Virus record (IMG/VR): IMGVR_UViG_3300010376_000070
Location: 1-40,312 of that record
DNA length: 40,312 nucleotides
DNA from: a virus
Taxonomy: Duplodnaviria > Caudoviricetes
Direction: 5' to 3' (one strand)
Shown here in pieces: positions 1-9,540 of the stretch. A program made the translations under genes and the position numbers. The notes below the pieces were generated by a model that saw nothing but the letters and a program-made list of their open reading frames with translations, did not search any database and was not told where the DNA came from. Numbering within the stretch: the first letter of the stretch is position 1; every line of letters starts with the position of its first letter.

Positions 1-1197
1 GTGACGGTCATTGGTGCCTAGCAGCTTGTCACGCAGCTCGGCCACCGCCTCAACCAGTGTTTGACCGCCAAGCATGCCCCACCTACCGCGCACCTGTTCC
101 AGCGTCTCCAGCTCGGCGTTCTGCGTCGGGTCATCAGGCGGTGGCGGTGCTGGTGATTCTGGTGCTGGCACAGGCGGTGGCGTAGGGGTGGGGCCTGGCG
201 CTGCTGTCAACGTGGTGACCCATTTAGACACGCTTAAACCCCAGCTGTCCCAAGGGAAGTTAGGCCCAACGTCGCTGTGCGTGCCCCAGCCCAGATGCTC
301 GGTAACATATTTGTGGTCACTGATGCCAGGTGGGTCACTGGGGTATGGCGGTTTGATCACTATGGGCTTGATGTTGTATTTGAGGCAATCCTGGACGCAG
401 AGGTAGGCTGCCACGTCAAGAGCTTTGCCCTGCTGCATCCACTGCTGGCGTGACCAATTGACTGATGAGCCGGCGAAACACAGGTTCACGCTGCGGTTGT
501 TTGCGTCGCCCACGGCCCAGCAGGCCTGGTCCGTGTCAACCACATCGTAGGCGGTGACACCACCGTCAGACGCCTGACTGATGGTGTAGTGGTAGCTGAC
601 GGGGTTGGGGCCTCCGGTCGAGTCGATGAGGAACTGGGCCAGGTCACGCGCAGCGTTATCACCGCCCCCGCCCTCCTGGGTGTGTATCAGCCAGAGGTCG
701 ATAGTTGCGCCGCCGCGGTCCTGGCAGTTGTCGCACCACATTTCAAGCTCGTTGAAGTCTGGGCGCACGTCAACCGCCCCGGTGCTGCTGACAAGCCGGT
801 TATACAGTCCCACAGCATCATTGAATCGTTGATCGTACCTATCGGGAAACGCTGACTGCTGCACAGCCTGAGCGTAGGACCCGGGGCTGTTAGCGGGGTT
901 GTTGTAATCGAGCTTGGCGAGATGGTCATAAAACAGGCCTGCGCTGCAGCCTGCGTTCATGCGACACATGGCGCTGCCCCACCAGGGGTCCCGCTGCTGG
1001 AACAGGCCGTCGCTGTTGGCGTCGGTGCTTAGCGCCTCGTGCGGAAAGTTAAGGCTGGCGGGGTCTGCCTCGTTGGCGTACATGACAAAGTTCGATTCGA
1101 CGTACACTGTCGCGAGGGCGATTTGGATGCCGCGTGGTGTGATGCCCCGCTTCTGCCCCTCGAGTATGACTGCGCGTGCGTAATCGTCCTTACTCAT
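1..1197 (-). CDS. lysA: Lysin A (endolysin): N-terminal transglycosylase-like domain plus Zn-dependent amidase domain; truncated at the window edge
   Basis: Absent from the ORF track because no stop falls in the window. My translation from ATG 1197: MSKDDYARAVILEGQKRG..VYVESN..DGLFQQRDPWWG..LIHTQEG..VSYHY..NNRSVNLCFAG..DHKYV..GTHSDVG, then a Pro-rich linker. It shows Amidase_2-type H/H/D motifs and lies after the tail genes. Confidence 0.9.
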   Translation of the reverse strand, partial: MSKDDYARAVILEGQKRGITPRGIQIALATVYVESNFVMYANEADPASLNFPHEALSTDANSDGLFQQRDPWWGSAMCRMNAGCSAGLFYDHLAKLDYNNPANSPGSYAQAVQQSAFPDRYDQRFNDAVGLYNRLVSSTGAVDVRPDFNELEMWCDNCQDRGGATIDLWLIHTQEGGGGDNAARDLAQFLIDSTGGPNPVSYHYTISQASDGGVTAYDVVDTDQACWAVGDANNRSVNLCFAGSSVNWSRQQWMQQGKALDVAAYLCVQDCLKYNIKPIVIKPPYPSDPPGISDHKYVTEHLGWGTHSDVGPNFPWDSWGLSVSKWVTTLTAAPGPTPTPPPVPAPESPAPPPPDDPTQNAELETLEQVRGRWGMLGGQTLVEAVAELRDKLLGTNDRH

Positions 1198-1378
1198 TGA
1201 TGACCACCTTCTCACCAAACAGCAGATACACCGCCGCCAGCGCATCCTCCTGGTTGGTGTACGCCTCACCGCTGTCAGCCAGTATGTTGCCGTTGGCTGC
1301 GGTGGCGCGCCACCGCCAGGCTTGACGTAACCGCTTGCGCCCCTTATAGATTTCAACCGTGAATGGTGGTGTGGTCAT
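1190..1378 (-). CDS. DUF1508/YegP-like small protein
   Basis: EIYK...WRWRATAANGNILADSGEAYTNQEDA fits the DUF1508 pattern; ATGA coupling to the upstream gene. Confidence 0.75.
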   Translation of the reverse strand: MTTPPFTVEIYKGRKRLRQAWRWRATAANGNILADSGEAYTNQEDALAAVYLLFGEKVVINE

Positions 1379-1605
1379 CTCACTACCCTCTCTGCTGCGG
1401 TCAGTGGTGCTTGGCTGGCCCGTATCCGCGCTATCCGCATGGCGCGTGACCGCAAGGCTGCTGCGCGCGAGGGGTCTGCGGTGGCGCCCATCAGCTGGTT
1501 TAGTAGCTGTGACAGTTCATGCACCAGGCCTGCGTGTAGCCACGCTAGGACTTTGACTTGGTACTCTAGCGCAGCGATCTTGGTTTCGGCCTCGTCTGGT
1601 GTCAT
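1375..1605 (-). CDS. Hypothetical coiled-coil protein
   Basis: 76 aa, overlapping start/stop codons with both neighbours. Confidence 0.6.
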   Translation of the reverse strand: MTPDEAETKIAALEYQVKVLAWLHAGLVHELSQLLNQLMGATADPSRAAALRSRAMRIARIRASQAPLTAAERVVR

Positions 1606-1967
1606 CCTGCGGTCCCAACTATGTCTAGCGCCGTGACCTGGAATTGGCCTGCCGCGTTAAACGCGGTGTCCCCGGTCAACACGTACTCGCCCAGGAAGGT
1701 GCCGCCTGTCAGGCTGTCCCACAGGGTCACCGAATACACTGTCCCGTTAGCTGGCCCGCCGGTGAACAGCATCATTGCCACCAGGCTGAAGTTGCCTGAC
1801 CCCGTAGGGGTGCCCCACGGTACGCGTTGCCGCGCAACACCTGTGATGATGTTGGCGGTGCCTGCGGTGCCAGCCGCGCTGCTGTGCAGCTGCGCCCATG
1901 CCAGCGCGTTAATCAGCTGGTTGGCAGCCTGGGTCATGGCTGCGTTGTTGAGACCTGGACTGGTCAC
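1602..1967 (-). CDS. Minor tail/fibre-associated protein (paralogue of 2280-2624)
   Basis: AQLHSSAAGTAGTAN..RQRVPW..LWDSLTGGTFLG pattern typical of small actinophage tail-fibre proteins; coupled to its neighbours. Confidence 0.7.
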   Translation of the reverse strand: MTSPGLNNAAMTQAANQLINALAWAQLHSSAAGTAGTANIITGVARQRVPWGTPTGSGNFSLVAMMLFTGGPANGTVYSVTLWDSLTGGTFLGEYVLTGDTAFNAAGQFQVTALDIVGTAG

Positions 1968-2305
1968 GGTGTCTCTGGCAGGCCATGCGGGACAAGGGTG
2001 CTGTACCCGGTGCCAGGTGACGCTAGTAGCGCCTGCTCGATCATCGCGGTGATTGCGCCCTGGCGGTAGGTGGTGACACCTCCTACCCCGTTGCTGTTTG
2101 GTTCATCTGGTGGTGTTGTCACGTCTGCCACGCCTGGCGCGGTTGACACCCAGGCCCCGTCTGCGTTGCGGTTGCAGTCAACCACCACGGTGCCCGCGTC
2201 GTTGTCAAACAGCATCATACGGTCAGCACCGAATGACACGATCTGGTGTTGTGTCTGTACGTCCACGGCCGGCCGCCTTTTACGCGGTGTTGCTTGGTGT
2301 GACAA
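1964..2305 (-). CDS. Hypothetical tail-region protein
   Basis: 113 aa, fills the gap between two tail genes; the exact start is uncertain. Confidence 0.6.
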   Translation of the reverse strand: MSHQATPRKRRPAVDVQTQHQIVSFGADRMMLFDNDAGTVVVDCNRNADGAWVSTAPGVADVTTPPDEPNSNGVGGVTTYRQGAITAMIEQALLASPGTGYSTLVPHGLPETP

Positions 2306-2624
2306 CGATGCTGGCGCCGCTGCCGCTTACTGTGACGTTGCCGCCGCTAAAGGCGTTGCTGCCCACAAAGGTGCCTGTCGAGGAGGCTGAAAATATACCG
2401 CCTTCGGTGTAGGTAGCTGCTGCGCAGGGGATGGTTACTGCGCTGCCCGTGTTGGTTCCGGTGCTGCCCGCGGACCAGACGGTTTGTACGCGTCCATAAC
2501 CGCCGCCTGTGGCTTCGTTGGCTCCGGTGGTGCCTGCGCCAGCGCCGGTGTGCAGGCTGATCCAAGACCCAAGGCCTGCAATGGCGTTTGACGCCGCTTG
2601 GTGTGTTGCGTTGGGAATGCCCAT
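2280..2624 (-). CDS. Minor tail/fibre-associated protein
   Basis: WISLHTGAGAGTTGANEATGGGYGR motif; RBS AGGAAAG upstream. Confidence 0.75.
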   Translation of the reverse strand: MGIPNATHQAASNAIAGLGSWISLHTGAGAGTTGANEATGGGYGRVQTVWSAGSTGTNTGSAVTIPCAAATYTEGGIFSASSTGTFVGSNAFSGGNVTVSGSGASIVVTPSNTA

Positions 2625-2650
2625 GTTTCACTTTCCTATCTCTATGTGAT

Positions 2651-4192
2651 TTAAACCCATTCGACCAGTGTGTATCCGGCGCCGCCAGCTGCAAACAGGC
2701 CACCATTGGCGCCCCCACCGCCTCCACCGCCGCCGTAGTCAGCGCCCTTGCCTCCGGGGTTGGTGCCGCTGCCACCAAAGCCGCCGCCACCACCAGCACC
2801 GCCGTTGGTTGATCCGGCCGCCGCCGGTGCGGCGCCGCCATGTGTCGATGATGTGCCGCCAGCACCGCCGGTTGTTGTCTTGGAATCACCGCCTTTACCG
2901 CCGGTGCCGCCCCCGTTACCAGACCCGCCGCCCCCTCCACAGCCCTGGTTATTAGCGGTGTCGCTAGTACCGGGGCTGCCTACCGCGCCGTTGTTGCCGC
3001 CGTTACCGCCTGCGGTCCCGTTGTTGGTGGTAGCGGTGGCACCTGACACGCTGCACGTGCCACCAGCCCCGCCAGCGCCACCGTTGTTACTGACCCCAGC
3101 AGCGCCACGCGTACCGCCTCCTGCTGACAGCGAGCAGGAGCCTGAGGTAAAGGTTGACGCGGTGCCGTCTGATGAGGCGGTGGCCCCGCCAGCGCCACGA
3201 ACCACCGTGTAGGTGCTGCCAAGGGACGCAACGGGAATAAAGCTGGTTTGGCGGTTGACCCGGCCTCCGCCGCCGCCACCACCGCCGCCGCCGTTGCTTG
3301 ACGCTGTACCCCCTGCCCCTCCACCGCCGATCAGGGTCACAAAGCAGCCACTAGCGCCTGCTGGAATGGCTTGACTTGTGCGCGGGGTGTTTTCTTCGCT
3401 GGTTGGGGTAAAGGTTGTCAGGGTGCCAGTCATGCTGATAGCTGGGGTGACCGCCAGCGTGAAGGACGCGGGGTATAGGCCTGCGCCTGTCACCGCAATG
3501 CTTGGGGTGACGCCAACGTTAAACGCTGCGGTGCTAACGCCAGCACCAGCCATACCAATAGTTGGGGTAGCAGCAAGGTTGACCGCTGCCTGTGACGTGC
3601 CTGCCCCTGCCATGCTTAGCGCGGTGGGGATCGTCAAACCTAGTGCAGCGGTATAGCGTTCGACGCCAGCCACGGCCAATGCTGGGGTAAACGGCAGGCC
3701 TAGGCTGGCAAAGTAGCGTTCGACCCCGGTCATGGCAATAGCGGGGTTAAAGACCCATGTGACTGCAGTGGCGTATGGCGGTGCTGTGACACCAATAGTA
3801 GGGGTAACTGCAAGGTTGACCGCTGCTTGCGAGATGCCTGCGCCTGTCATGCCTATAGCTGGCGTGGTTGGTAGGTTGAACGCTGCTGCCATACGGCCGG
3901 CCCCAACCATGCCGATGCTTGGTGTTACTGGCAGGTTTAGTGTGGCTACGTAGCGCAACAGCCCCGTCATGGCTACCGCAGGTGTGACTGCTACAGGCAG
4001 TGCAGCGGTGTACCGTGCCACGCCTGCTAAGGCCAGTGCTGGTGTGACAGCAAGGTCAAACAGGGCTTGCACCACAGGCGTGTGCCCGGTAGCAGTGCCT
4101 GTAAAGCTGTAGTTGCCAACAGCCGTGCCGATCCGGTCCGTGCGTACCCACCAGCCTGGGCGGGGCGGCAGGATCGAACCAGGCTCAGTCAT
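2651..4192 (-). CDS. Glycine-rich minor tail protein with about 13 N-terminal ~17-aa repeats
   Basis: Repeats of the form A.L.V.VTP.IGM.G, followed by a VTLIGGGGAGG...GGAGYTLVEW glycine-rich domain. Confidence 0.85.
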   Translation of the reverse strand: MTEPGSILPPRPGWWVRTDRIGTAVGNYSFTGTATGHTPVVQALFDLAVTPALALAGVARYTAALPVAVTPAVAMTGLLRYVATLNLPVTPSIGMVGAGRMAAAFNLPTTPAIGMTGAGISQAAVNLAVTPTIGVTAPPYATAVTWVFNPAIAMTGVERYFASLGLPFTPALAVAGVERYTAALGLTIPTALSMAGAGTSQAAVNLAATPTIGMAGAGVSTAAFNVGVTPSIAVTGAGLYPASFTLAVTPAISMTGTLTTFTPTSEENTPRTSQAIPAGASGCFVTLIGGGGAGGTASSNGGGGGGGGGGRVNRQTSFIPVASLGSTYTVVRGAGGATASSDGTASTFTSGSCSLSAGGGTRGAAGVSNNGGAGGAGGTCSVSGATATTNNGTAGGNGGNNGAVGSPGTSDTANNQGCGGGGGSGNGGGTGGKGGDSKTTTGGAGGTSSTHGGAAPAAAGSTNGGAGGGGGFGGSGTNPGGKGADYGGGGGGGGANGGLFAAGGAGYTLVEWV

Positions 4193-4355
4193 CTGGTTTG
4201 GCTTCTAGTTTGTCTATGCGGTCATGCAGCGCCTCGACGTGCTGGTCTATGTAGGCGCGTAGGTGCGCGGTGTCCACGTGCCCGGTAGGTTGCGCGGTGG
4301 CTGCTTGTCGGGCTTCGCGGCGTGCCTTGATGCGTTCACCTAGTGTGTCACCCAT
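4185..4355 (-). CDS. Small hypothetical protein (56 aa, below the ORF-track cutoff)
   Basis: My translation MGDTLGERIKARREARQAATAQPTGHVDTAHLRAYIDQHVEALHDRIDKLEAKPDD exactly fills the gap between two tail genes. Confidence 0.6.
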   Translation of the reverse strand: MGDTLGERIKARREARQAATAQPTGHVDTAHLRAYIDQHVEALHDRIDKLEAKPDD

Positions 4356-4356
4356 G

Positions 4357-6702
4357 TCACTGATCCATCCCTAGCCATTGGTGTATAGAGGCTGGTGCGC
4401 CTTGCGCGCTGCCAACAGATGACGCGTATCCGCCCCAGCCCCAGCCCCTTTGGGCTACGCCAGTTGGAGACGCAAAGCTGCTGTCGTTAAAGTCAGCGAT
4501 GACCAGGGTGCCGACCTCTAGGCGGAAGTGGTAGATGTTGCTGGTTGCCTTGTCTCCGCAGGTGAAGGTCAGCGTTGATCCGGTGCCTGGGATTGCGCAA
4601 GTGCCAGATGTGAGAACGTGTTTGGTGCCTGCAGACACGTAGCCAACCTCGTAGGTTCCGGTGGTTGAGCCTCTGGCTGTGTTGCTGCCAAACTGGGCAT
4701 AGCAGTAGGTATTGCCTGTCGAGTTCATGCGCCCGAACAGCTGTATGTACCCAGGTTCTTCATGGTATATCCACACAAATATGTTGAGGGTCCTATACTC
4801 GCCGCTGACCGGGGCTGATTGCAGCACCACCTGGACGGTTTGGTAGTCGGTAGTCGAAACGTTATCTGTCCCAACCCATTGAAACCGCGAGTAGATGTCT
4901 GTGGTTGGGTTGCTGGCTGGCGGTGTCCAGATGGCGTCGCTGCCGTTGGCTATGTACCCAATGCCTGCTGATTGCGCGCCCACGCCCCAGTCATGCCAGT
5001 TGGCGTTGCTGTAAAGGCTGCCTGTCCAGGTAAAGTCGTCGCCAGCTACCGCCCCGGTGGCGCCTTCGGCCCTAAGCGCAGCTATCTCGGCTGCAAGGCC
5101 GGTGATGCTTGACGCGGTATTCGCCAGCGCAACAGCTTCCTGGTTGTGGGTAAACCCTTCGCCGGCCGTGCCGTACAGCTGCGTGACTATGTTGTCCATG
5201 GTCAGGCCTACACCGGGCACGCATTCTGACGCTATAAGATCGGTTTTAAGTAGCTCGGCGTCATCGAACCAGACGGTGCCAGCGGTGATTGTCTTAGCCG
5301 GGTCTAGCCTGAACCGTACTTGGTCAACACCTGACTCGACTACATAAGTTCCTGCTATGCCAACGAATCCCACCCCGCTGCTTGATGCCGGGCTGGTGAT
5401 GTGGGCTACGTCATACCAGCCCACGTCAAGATAGGTGACCCCGCTGCCGGTTGGTGGTTTGGCGCGGCGGTATTTCTCAACTGCCAGCACGATGGGTTGT
5501 GTGCCGGTGTAGGTCAGGCCCGTCCACGCAACCTCGCATGCAACTTCGATCGTTTCACCAAGCACCACCGCCACCTCGCCGCTTATCAGCGGGTCCTGGC
5601 TGCCGTTGCAGACGCACTTGGCGCAGCCCAAAGCGGTGGCACCTTTGTTGGCGTCATATGACCAGTTCGCTTGGGCTGCTACGGTTGCGGGGTCACCAAA
5701 CTGCTGTGACACCAGCAGGTTCTGGTTCAGCAAGTTCACTGACTGGGCGGTGGTCAGCGCAGCCGCGTGGGTTTGGCCCGCGGTCAGTTGCTGGGCTGCG
5801 CGGTTGCCGCCAGTCAGCGCGTCGATGGCAAGGTTGCCTGACCCCGGGCCTGCCATCTTCATGACCATTTTGGCGTATGGGTTGGCGTTAAACGCGTCAA
5901 CGGTGGCCTGGGTGGCGTTGATGATGTCGTCCGGGCTGACGCTTTGCGAGAAGCTGGGGGTGGTGCCAAGCAGCTGCTGCGTATACATGGCGCTGCTGCC
6001 TGATACGCCAGGGAAACAGACACCGCATAGCTGGATGATGCTGTACAGGGTGTCTGCAAACGCCTGTAGCCCGTTGATGGCGTCGAGCGCCACGTTGCCC
6101 GACGTTGGTGTCTGCCCCATGCTTAAGATGCCTGACGCCATCGGGCTTCCGGTCACCGCGTCAGCGGTGTTTTGCGCGGTGTCAATCATCACGCTAGGCG
6201 TGACGTTGGTGGGGGCGTTGCTGCCAGCGCAACCGCAGGCGCTGATGATGGCATACAGCGTGTTCATCAGTTCGATAGCCCCGTTGATGGCGTCAAGCGC
6301 TGTGTTGCCACTGGGACCGCCTGGGGCCATGGCTATGGTGCCTGATGCCATCGGGTTGTTATTGACCGCTGTCTGCACGTCCTGCGCGCCAGCAGTGATG
6401 CTCTGCGGGGTGGTGCCTACGCCTGCGCCGCCCATCATGGCGCACAGCTGGTCAATAAAGGTCTGGCCCCCGGTGACCAGTGACCCGGTAGCGCCGTTGG
6501 CGGTGGGGTCACCAGCTGCCATCAGGCCGCCGGTAAACGCGTTGCCCCCTAGCAGCTGCTGGCAGATGTTGACTAGTTGGCTGGTGTCAGGGAACTGTAT
6601 TTGCTGGGCGCTGCTGGCCAGGTTGCTGCTGTTGGTTGCGTCCGAGAAGGCCTGCACGCTGGCAGCCCATGTAGGTATGCCTCCCTCTGGTGTCACTGTC
6701 AT
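4357..6702 (-). CDS. Minor tail protein (putative receptor-binding/baseplate protein)
   Basis: 781 aa: helical repeat N-terminus, a carbohydrate-binding-like module (..GTVWFDDAEL), and a beta-rich C-terminus (..RGWGWG). Confidence 0.8.
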   Translation of the reverse strand: MTVTPEGGIPTWAASVQAFSDATNSSNLASSAQQIQFPDTSQLVNICQQLLGGNAFTGGLMAAGDPTANGATGSLVTGGQTFIDQLCAMMGGAGVGTTPQSITAGAQDVQTAVNNNPMASGTIAMAPGGPSGNTALDAINGAIELMNTLYAIISACGCAGSNAPTNVTPSVMIDTAQNTADAVTGSPMASGILSMGQTPTSGNVALDAINGLQAFADTLYSIIQLCGVCFPGVSGSSAMYTQQLLGTTPSFSQSVSPDDIINATQATVDAFNANPYAKMVMKMAGPGSGNLAIDALTGGNRAAQQLTAGQTHAAALTTAQSVNLLNQNLLVSQQFGDPATVAAQANWSYDANKGATALGCAKCVCNGSQDPLISGEVAVVLGETIEVACEVAWTGLTYTGTQPIVLAVEKYRRAKPPTGSGVTYLDVGWYDVAHITSPASSSGVGFVGIAGTYVVESGVDQVRFRLDPAKTITAGTVWFDDAELLKTDLIASECVPGVGLTMDNIVTQLYGTAGEGFTHNQEAVALANTASSITGLAAEIAALRAEGATGAVAGDDFTWTGSLYSNANWHDWGVGAQSAGIGYIANGSDAIWTPPASNPTTDIYSRFQWVGTDNVSTTDYQTVQVVLQSAPVSGEYRTLNIFVWIYHEEPGYIQLFGRMNSTGNTYCYAQFGSNTARGSTTGTYEVGYVSAGTKHVLTSGTCAIPGTGSTLTFTCGDKATSNIYHFRLEVGTLVIADFNDSSFASPTGVAQRGWGWGGYASSVGSAQGAPASIHQWLGMDQ

Positions 6703-7556
6703 GTGCCGGTCCCTGGTATCGGGTCAACCCTGACGCTAAAGCTGGTCTGGGCTGCGGTGGTGGTGAAAGTGTCCGTGCCGCTCTGGCGTTCTGCGCGCAG
6801 GTAGACCACCGCAGCATTACCCGCATACACGCGGTCATAGGTGTCAGCCGAGCCGGCCGGTGGTCCCGCGCTTAGCACGCCATGCTGCTTTGACACCCCG
6901 CCAAGGCCAAAGCTGCGCCCCACGATGTTGCCTGCTGACTCGTTGTTAAGCCGCGCTATCAGGTCCGTGGTGCAGTTATAGCTTCCGGTGGCGGTGATGA
7001 TGGCCTGACCGCGCACGGCCGGCCGCCAGTCAAACAGTTGCGCGGGGATGCTGACGCTGCAAAGCGTGTACAGGGGGTTGCCTGCTGGTGTGTTGTTGAT
7101 GGTGCTTGGCACGTAGCGGTCACCGCATAGCTGCGCTGCGTACACAAACCCGTCAGCAGTGCTGTTGACTATCAACATCTTCTTGCTGACAGGCGTGCCA
7201 TACACGGTGGGATCAAGCGCGCTGGTGCCTGGCGCGCCCGCTGGCGCCTTGTGGATGGTGAGGTTGACCTGATACGTACTGCCGCCTAGCAGGGTCAGTG
7301 TGGCGCTGTCAGGCGTCGGATCCGTGGCCTCTAGCAGCGTCAGGTTGATCTCATCGTCAAGGGTGATGGTGGGACCTGGCGGTCCCTGTAGCAGCGCAGG
7401 GATGTTGCCATACCCGCCTATTGGCGCGCCTATGGCTATCAACATGTTGCTGCTGGGGTCCCAGTCAAGCGGGATCCTAAAGCTAGCAACGTCGACGACC
7501 AGGAACTGCTTACCGTTGATGGTGGTTGTGTTCCAGGTGGTGGTAGGTGTTGTCAC
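6699..7556 (-). CDS. Minor tail protein
   Basis: IPALLQGPPG collagen-like start, FDWRP motif and C-terminal VYLRAERQ resemble mycobacteriophage minor tail proteins. Confidence 0.8.
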   Translation of the reverse strand: MTTPTTTWNTTTINGKQFLVVDVASFRIPLDWDPSSNMLIAIGAPIGGYGNIPALLQGPPGPTITLDDEINLTLLEATDPTPDSATLTLLGGSTYQVNLTIHKAPAGAPGTSALDPTVYGTPVSKKMLIVNSTADGFVYAAQLCGDRYVPSTINNTPAGNPLYTLCSVSIPAQLFDWRPAVRGQAIITATGSYNCTTDLIARLNNESAGNIVGRSFGLGGVSKQHGVLSAGPPAGSADTYDRVYAGNAAVVYLRAERQSGTDTFTTTAAQTSFSVRVDPIPGTGT

Positions 7557-7564
7557 GGTTGCTC

Positions 7565-9292
7565 CTAGCCTGATTGCGGGGCCAGCGTCAAGACGTTAAA
7601 CATTTCCAGTAGTCCGCTGATGTTGCGCTGGTGTTTGGCCAGTGGTGATTCGATTGCTTTGCCGTCACCTATTTGCAGCATCATATCGCGTGTGCTCTGG
7701 TCTATCTTCCAGCTGACGTGCTCAAGGAAGTCGGTGTATATGCGGGTGCGGTTAAGGTAGACAATGCTGATTAGTTGCCCACGAAATATGTCTTTGCCTA
7801 GTGTGTAGGTGGCGCCGTTGCGGCAGCTGGCTTGCACGCATGTCCAACCGCGGCTGTCCCAAAATGCGTTGATAAAATCAAATATCGTTTCGAGGTTATA
7901 GGGCGCGCTGGCGGTGGCGTGAAATACCTCGACACCTGGATGGTATGGGCCTACCTTGCTGCGCCGTTCAAATGACTCCCACAATTGAAAGGCCAGAAAC
8001 GCGTTGTTAAGAAAGCCTGCCAGTAGGTCATTGGGGATGCCGGTGACGCCTATCAGTATGCTGATGGCGTCGATTAGCCACCTAAAGAATATGTTGATCA
8101 AGTCGTTGAGCCATTGCGGGCTGCGCCCACCTATTATCTGCTGCCAGCCCTTAGGGGTGTGGGCGGTGATCCGGCAGGTTTCGACGCTGCCCTTTTGGTT
8201 CTCGTCTGGTGCTATCAGCACCACCCATGGTGGTGTCCAGTTGACGCCAAGCGGTGGGGCTATAAAGAAGCCTTGCGGTAGGCCTGGCACTTCATCGCTG
8301 CCCTCTATCAGCGGTGCCAGTATGTCGCCCATGATGCTGCCGCCTAGGTCGACGACTGTCTTGATGATGCTGTCCAGTACGGTCCCTGTCGGGCCGGTGA
8401 TCTGGCTTCGATCCTTAACTGTCACAACGTAAGTGGGTAGCTTCAGCGGTCCGACCCAGATGTTAGGTGGTTGCGGGTCACCGGGTAGCCATAGGTCTAC
8501 GCGCACGTCCACGCCGGTGCTTTTTGTCATGTCCTTGATGACCGCTGCGCAGGTTTCCATTCTGATGGTGCGTATGACAAACATGCTGGTGTCGGTAAAC
8601 GGGTTGGTCATGCTGACCACTATTGGGCATTGCAGCATTTCCATGATGTTGCCGCCGTATTCCAGCAGCGAACCAAACCAGGCAAAGATGTCTGGGTTAA
8701 ATGATAGTGCGTTGTTGACAAATTCCCATAGGCCTAGCTGTATTCTTAGTGCCTGTTCCATTATCAGGACTTCGATGCCGCTGCATATAGGTGAGCAGAC
8801 AATGGCGTGGCTGATGATTTGGGCTTGTATTGGTGCCCACCAGTCAGGCCATATCAGCAGGTAGTTTAAGATGTCCCAGATTCCGTTAAGGTTGGCGGTG
8901 CCTATCCATTCGCCTTGCTTAAATTCGTAATCAAAGGTGTCCACGTAGAAGGCAAAGCGCAGGCCTTCGGTTTCCATGGTGATGCCAACCATTGTTTTTT
9001 CGCAAGCCATAAAGGTTGTGATAAACGGGTCGTTGCCCTTGACTTTAAGCTGCGCGGTTGGCATGTTGTTACGCGGATCTAGTCCGCTGCATTCAATGTA
9101 GTCACCTATGGTGCCTATGGGGCGCCAGAACTTGTCGTAAATGGTGATGCGCCAGTCAGGTATAGCACCGCCGGTGACCGGCACCGCCTGTATTTGCGCC
9201 ACCTGTTCGGCTGCTGCTGCTGCGGTGATGGGGTCGCCTTGCCACAGCATCCGGTTAAGCTCGTCAAGGCTGGCCCCGTTGGGGATGCTCAC
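7565..9292 (-). CDS. Minor tail protein, baseplate hub (Tal/Gp37-like)
   Basis: ITIYDKFWRPIG, IIGGRSPQWLND and LQIGDG motifs; second large gene after the tape measure. Confidence 0.85.
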   Translation of the reverse strand: MSIPNGASLDELNRMLWQGDPITAAAAAEQVAQIQAVPVTGGAIPDWRITIYDKFWRPIGTIGDYIECSGLDPRNNMPTAQLKVKGNDPFITTFMACEKTMVGITMETEGLRFAFYVDTFDYEFKQGEWIGTANLNGIWDILNYLLIWPDWWAPIQAQIISHAIVCSPICSGIEVLIMEQALRIQLGLWEFVNNALSFNPDIFAWFGSLLEYGGNIMEMLQCPIVVSMTNPFTDTSMFVIRTIRMETCAAVIKDMTKSTGVDVRVDLWLPGDPQPPNIWVGPLKLPTYVVTVKDRSQITGPTGTVLDSIIKTVVDLGGSIMGDILAPLIEGSDEVPGLPQGFFIAPPLGVNWTPPWVVLIAPDENQKGSVETCRITAHTPKGWQQIIGGRSPQWLNDLINIFFRWLIDAISILIGVTGIPNDLLAGFLNNAFLAFQLWESFERRSKVGPYHPGVEVFHATASAPYNLETIFDFINAFWDSRGWTCVQASCRNGATYTLGKDIFRGQLISIVYLNRTRIYTDFLEHVSWKIDQSTRDMMLQIGDGKAIESPLAKHQRNISGLLEMFNVLTLAPQSG

Positions 9293-9540
9293 TGCGGTGA
9301 CATCCTTTGTGCCTCTGCCAGTATGGTTTTCGCGCGTGTATGTATCTCGTCAGCTATGGCTAGCGCGTCATCTGTGGTGCGCGCGGTCTGCCACAGCTCG
9401 ACTTCGCTGACCAGCCATTCCAGCAGCTCGACTTGGTGGCTGCTTAGCGCGCGCAGCCTGGCGCGTAGTTGTACGTTCTCGCGGTAGGCGCTGTCGCGCT
9501 GTACCTGTAAGGCTGACAACACTTCTGGCGGTTCGGTCAC
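9289..9540 (-). CDS. Hypothetical coiled-coil protein
   Basis: 83 aa, GTGA and ATGA overlaps with both neighbours. Confidence 0.6.
   Translation of the reverse strand: MTEPPEVLSALQVQRDSAYRENVQLRARLRALSSHQVELLEWLVSEVELWQTARTTDDALAIADEIHTRAKTILAEAQRMSPQ

Noticed and set aside
1190-1605. Holin among the small genes before lysin A
   Set aside because: Neither ORF has convincing transmembrane helices; the holin probably lies beyond the left edge.
2651-6702. Diversity-generating retroelement or invertible tail-fibre cassette
   Set aside because: I saw no reverse transcriptase, invertase or near-identical template/variable repeat pair.
5606-6733. 375-aa plus-strand ORF and the many other plus-strand ORFs in the track
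   Set aside because: They are antisense shadows of well-supported minus-strand genes in high-GC DNA, with no recognisable motifs or RBS.
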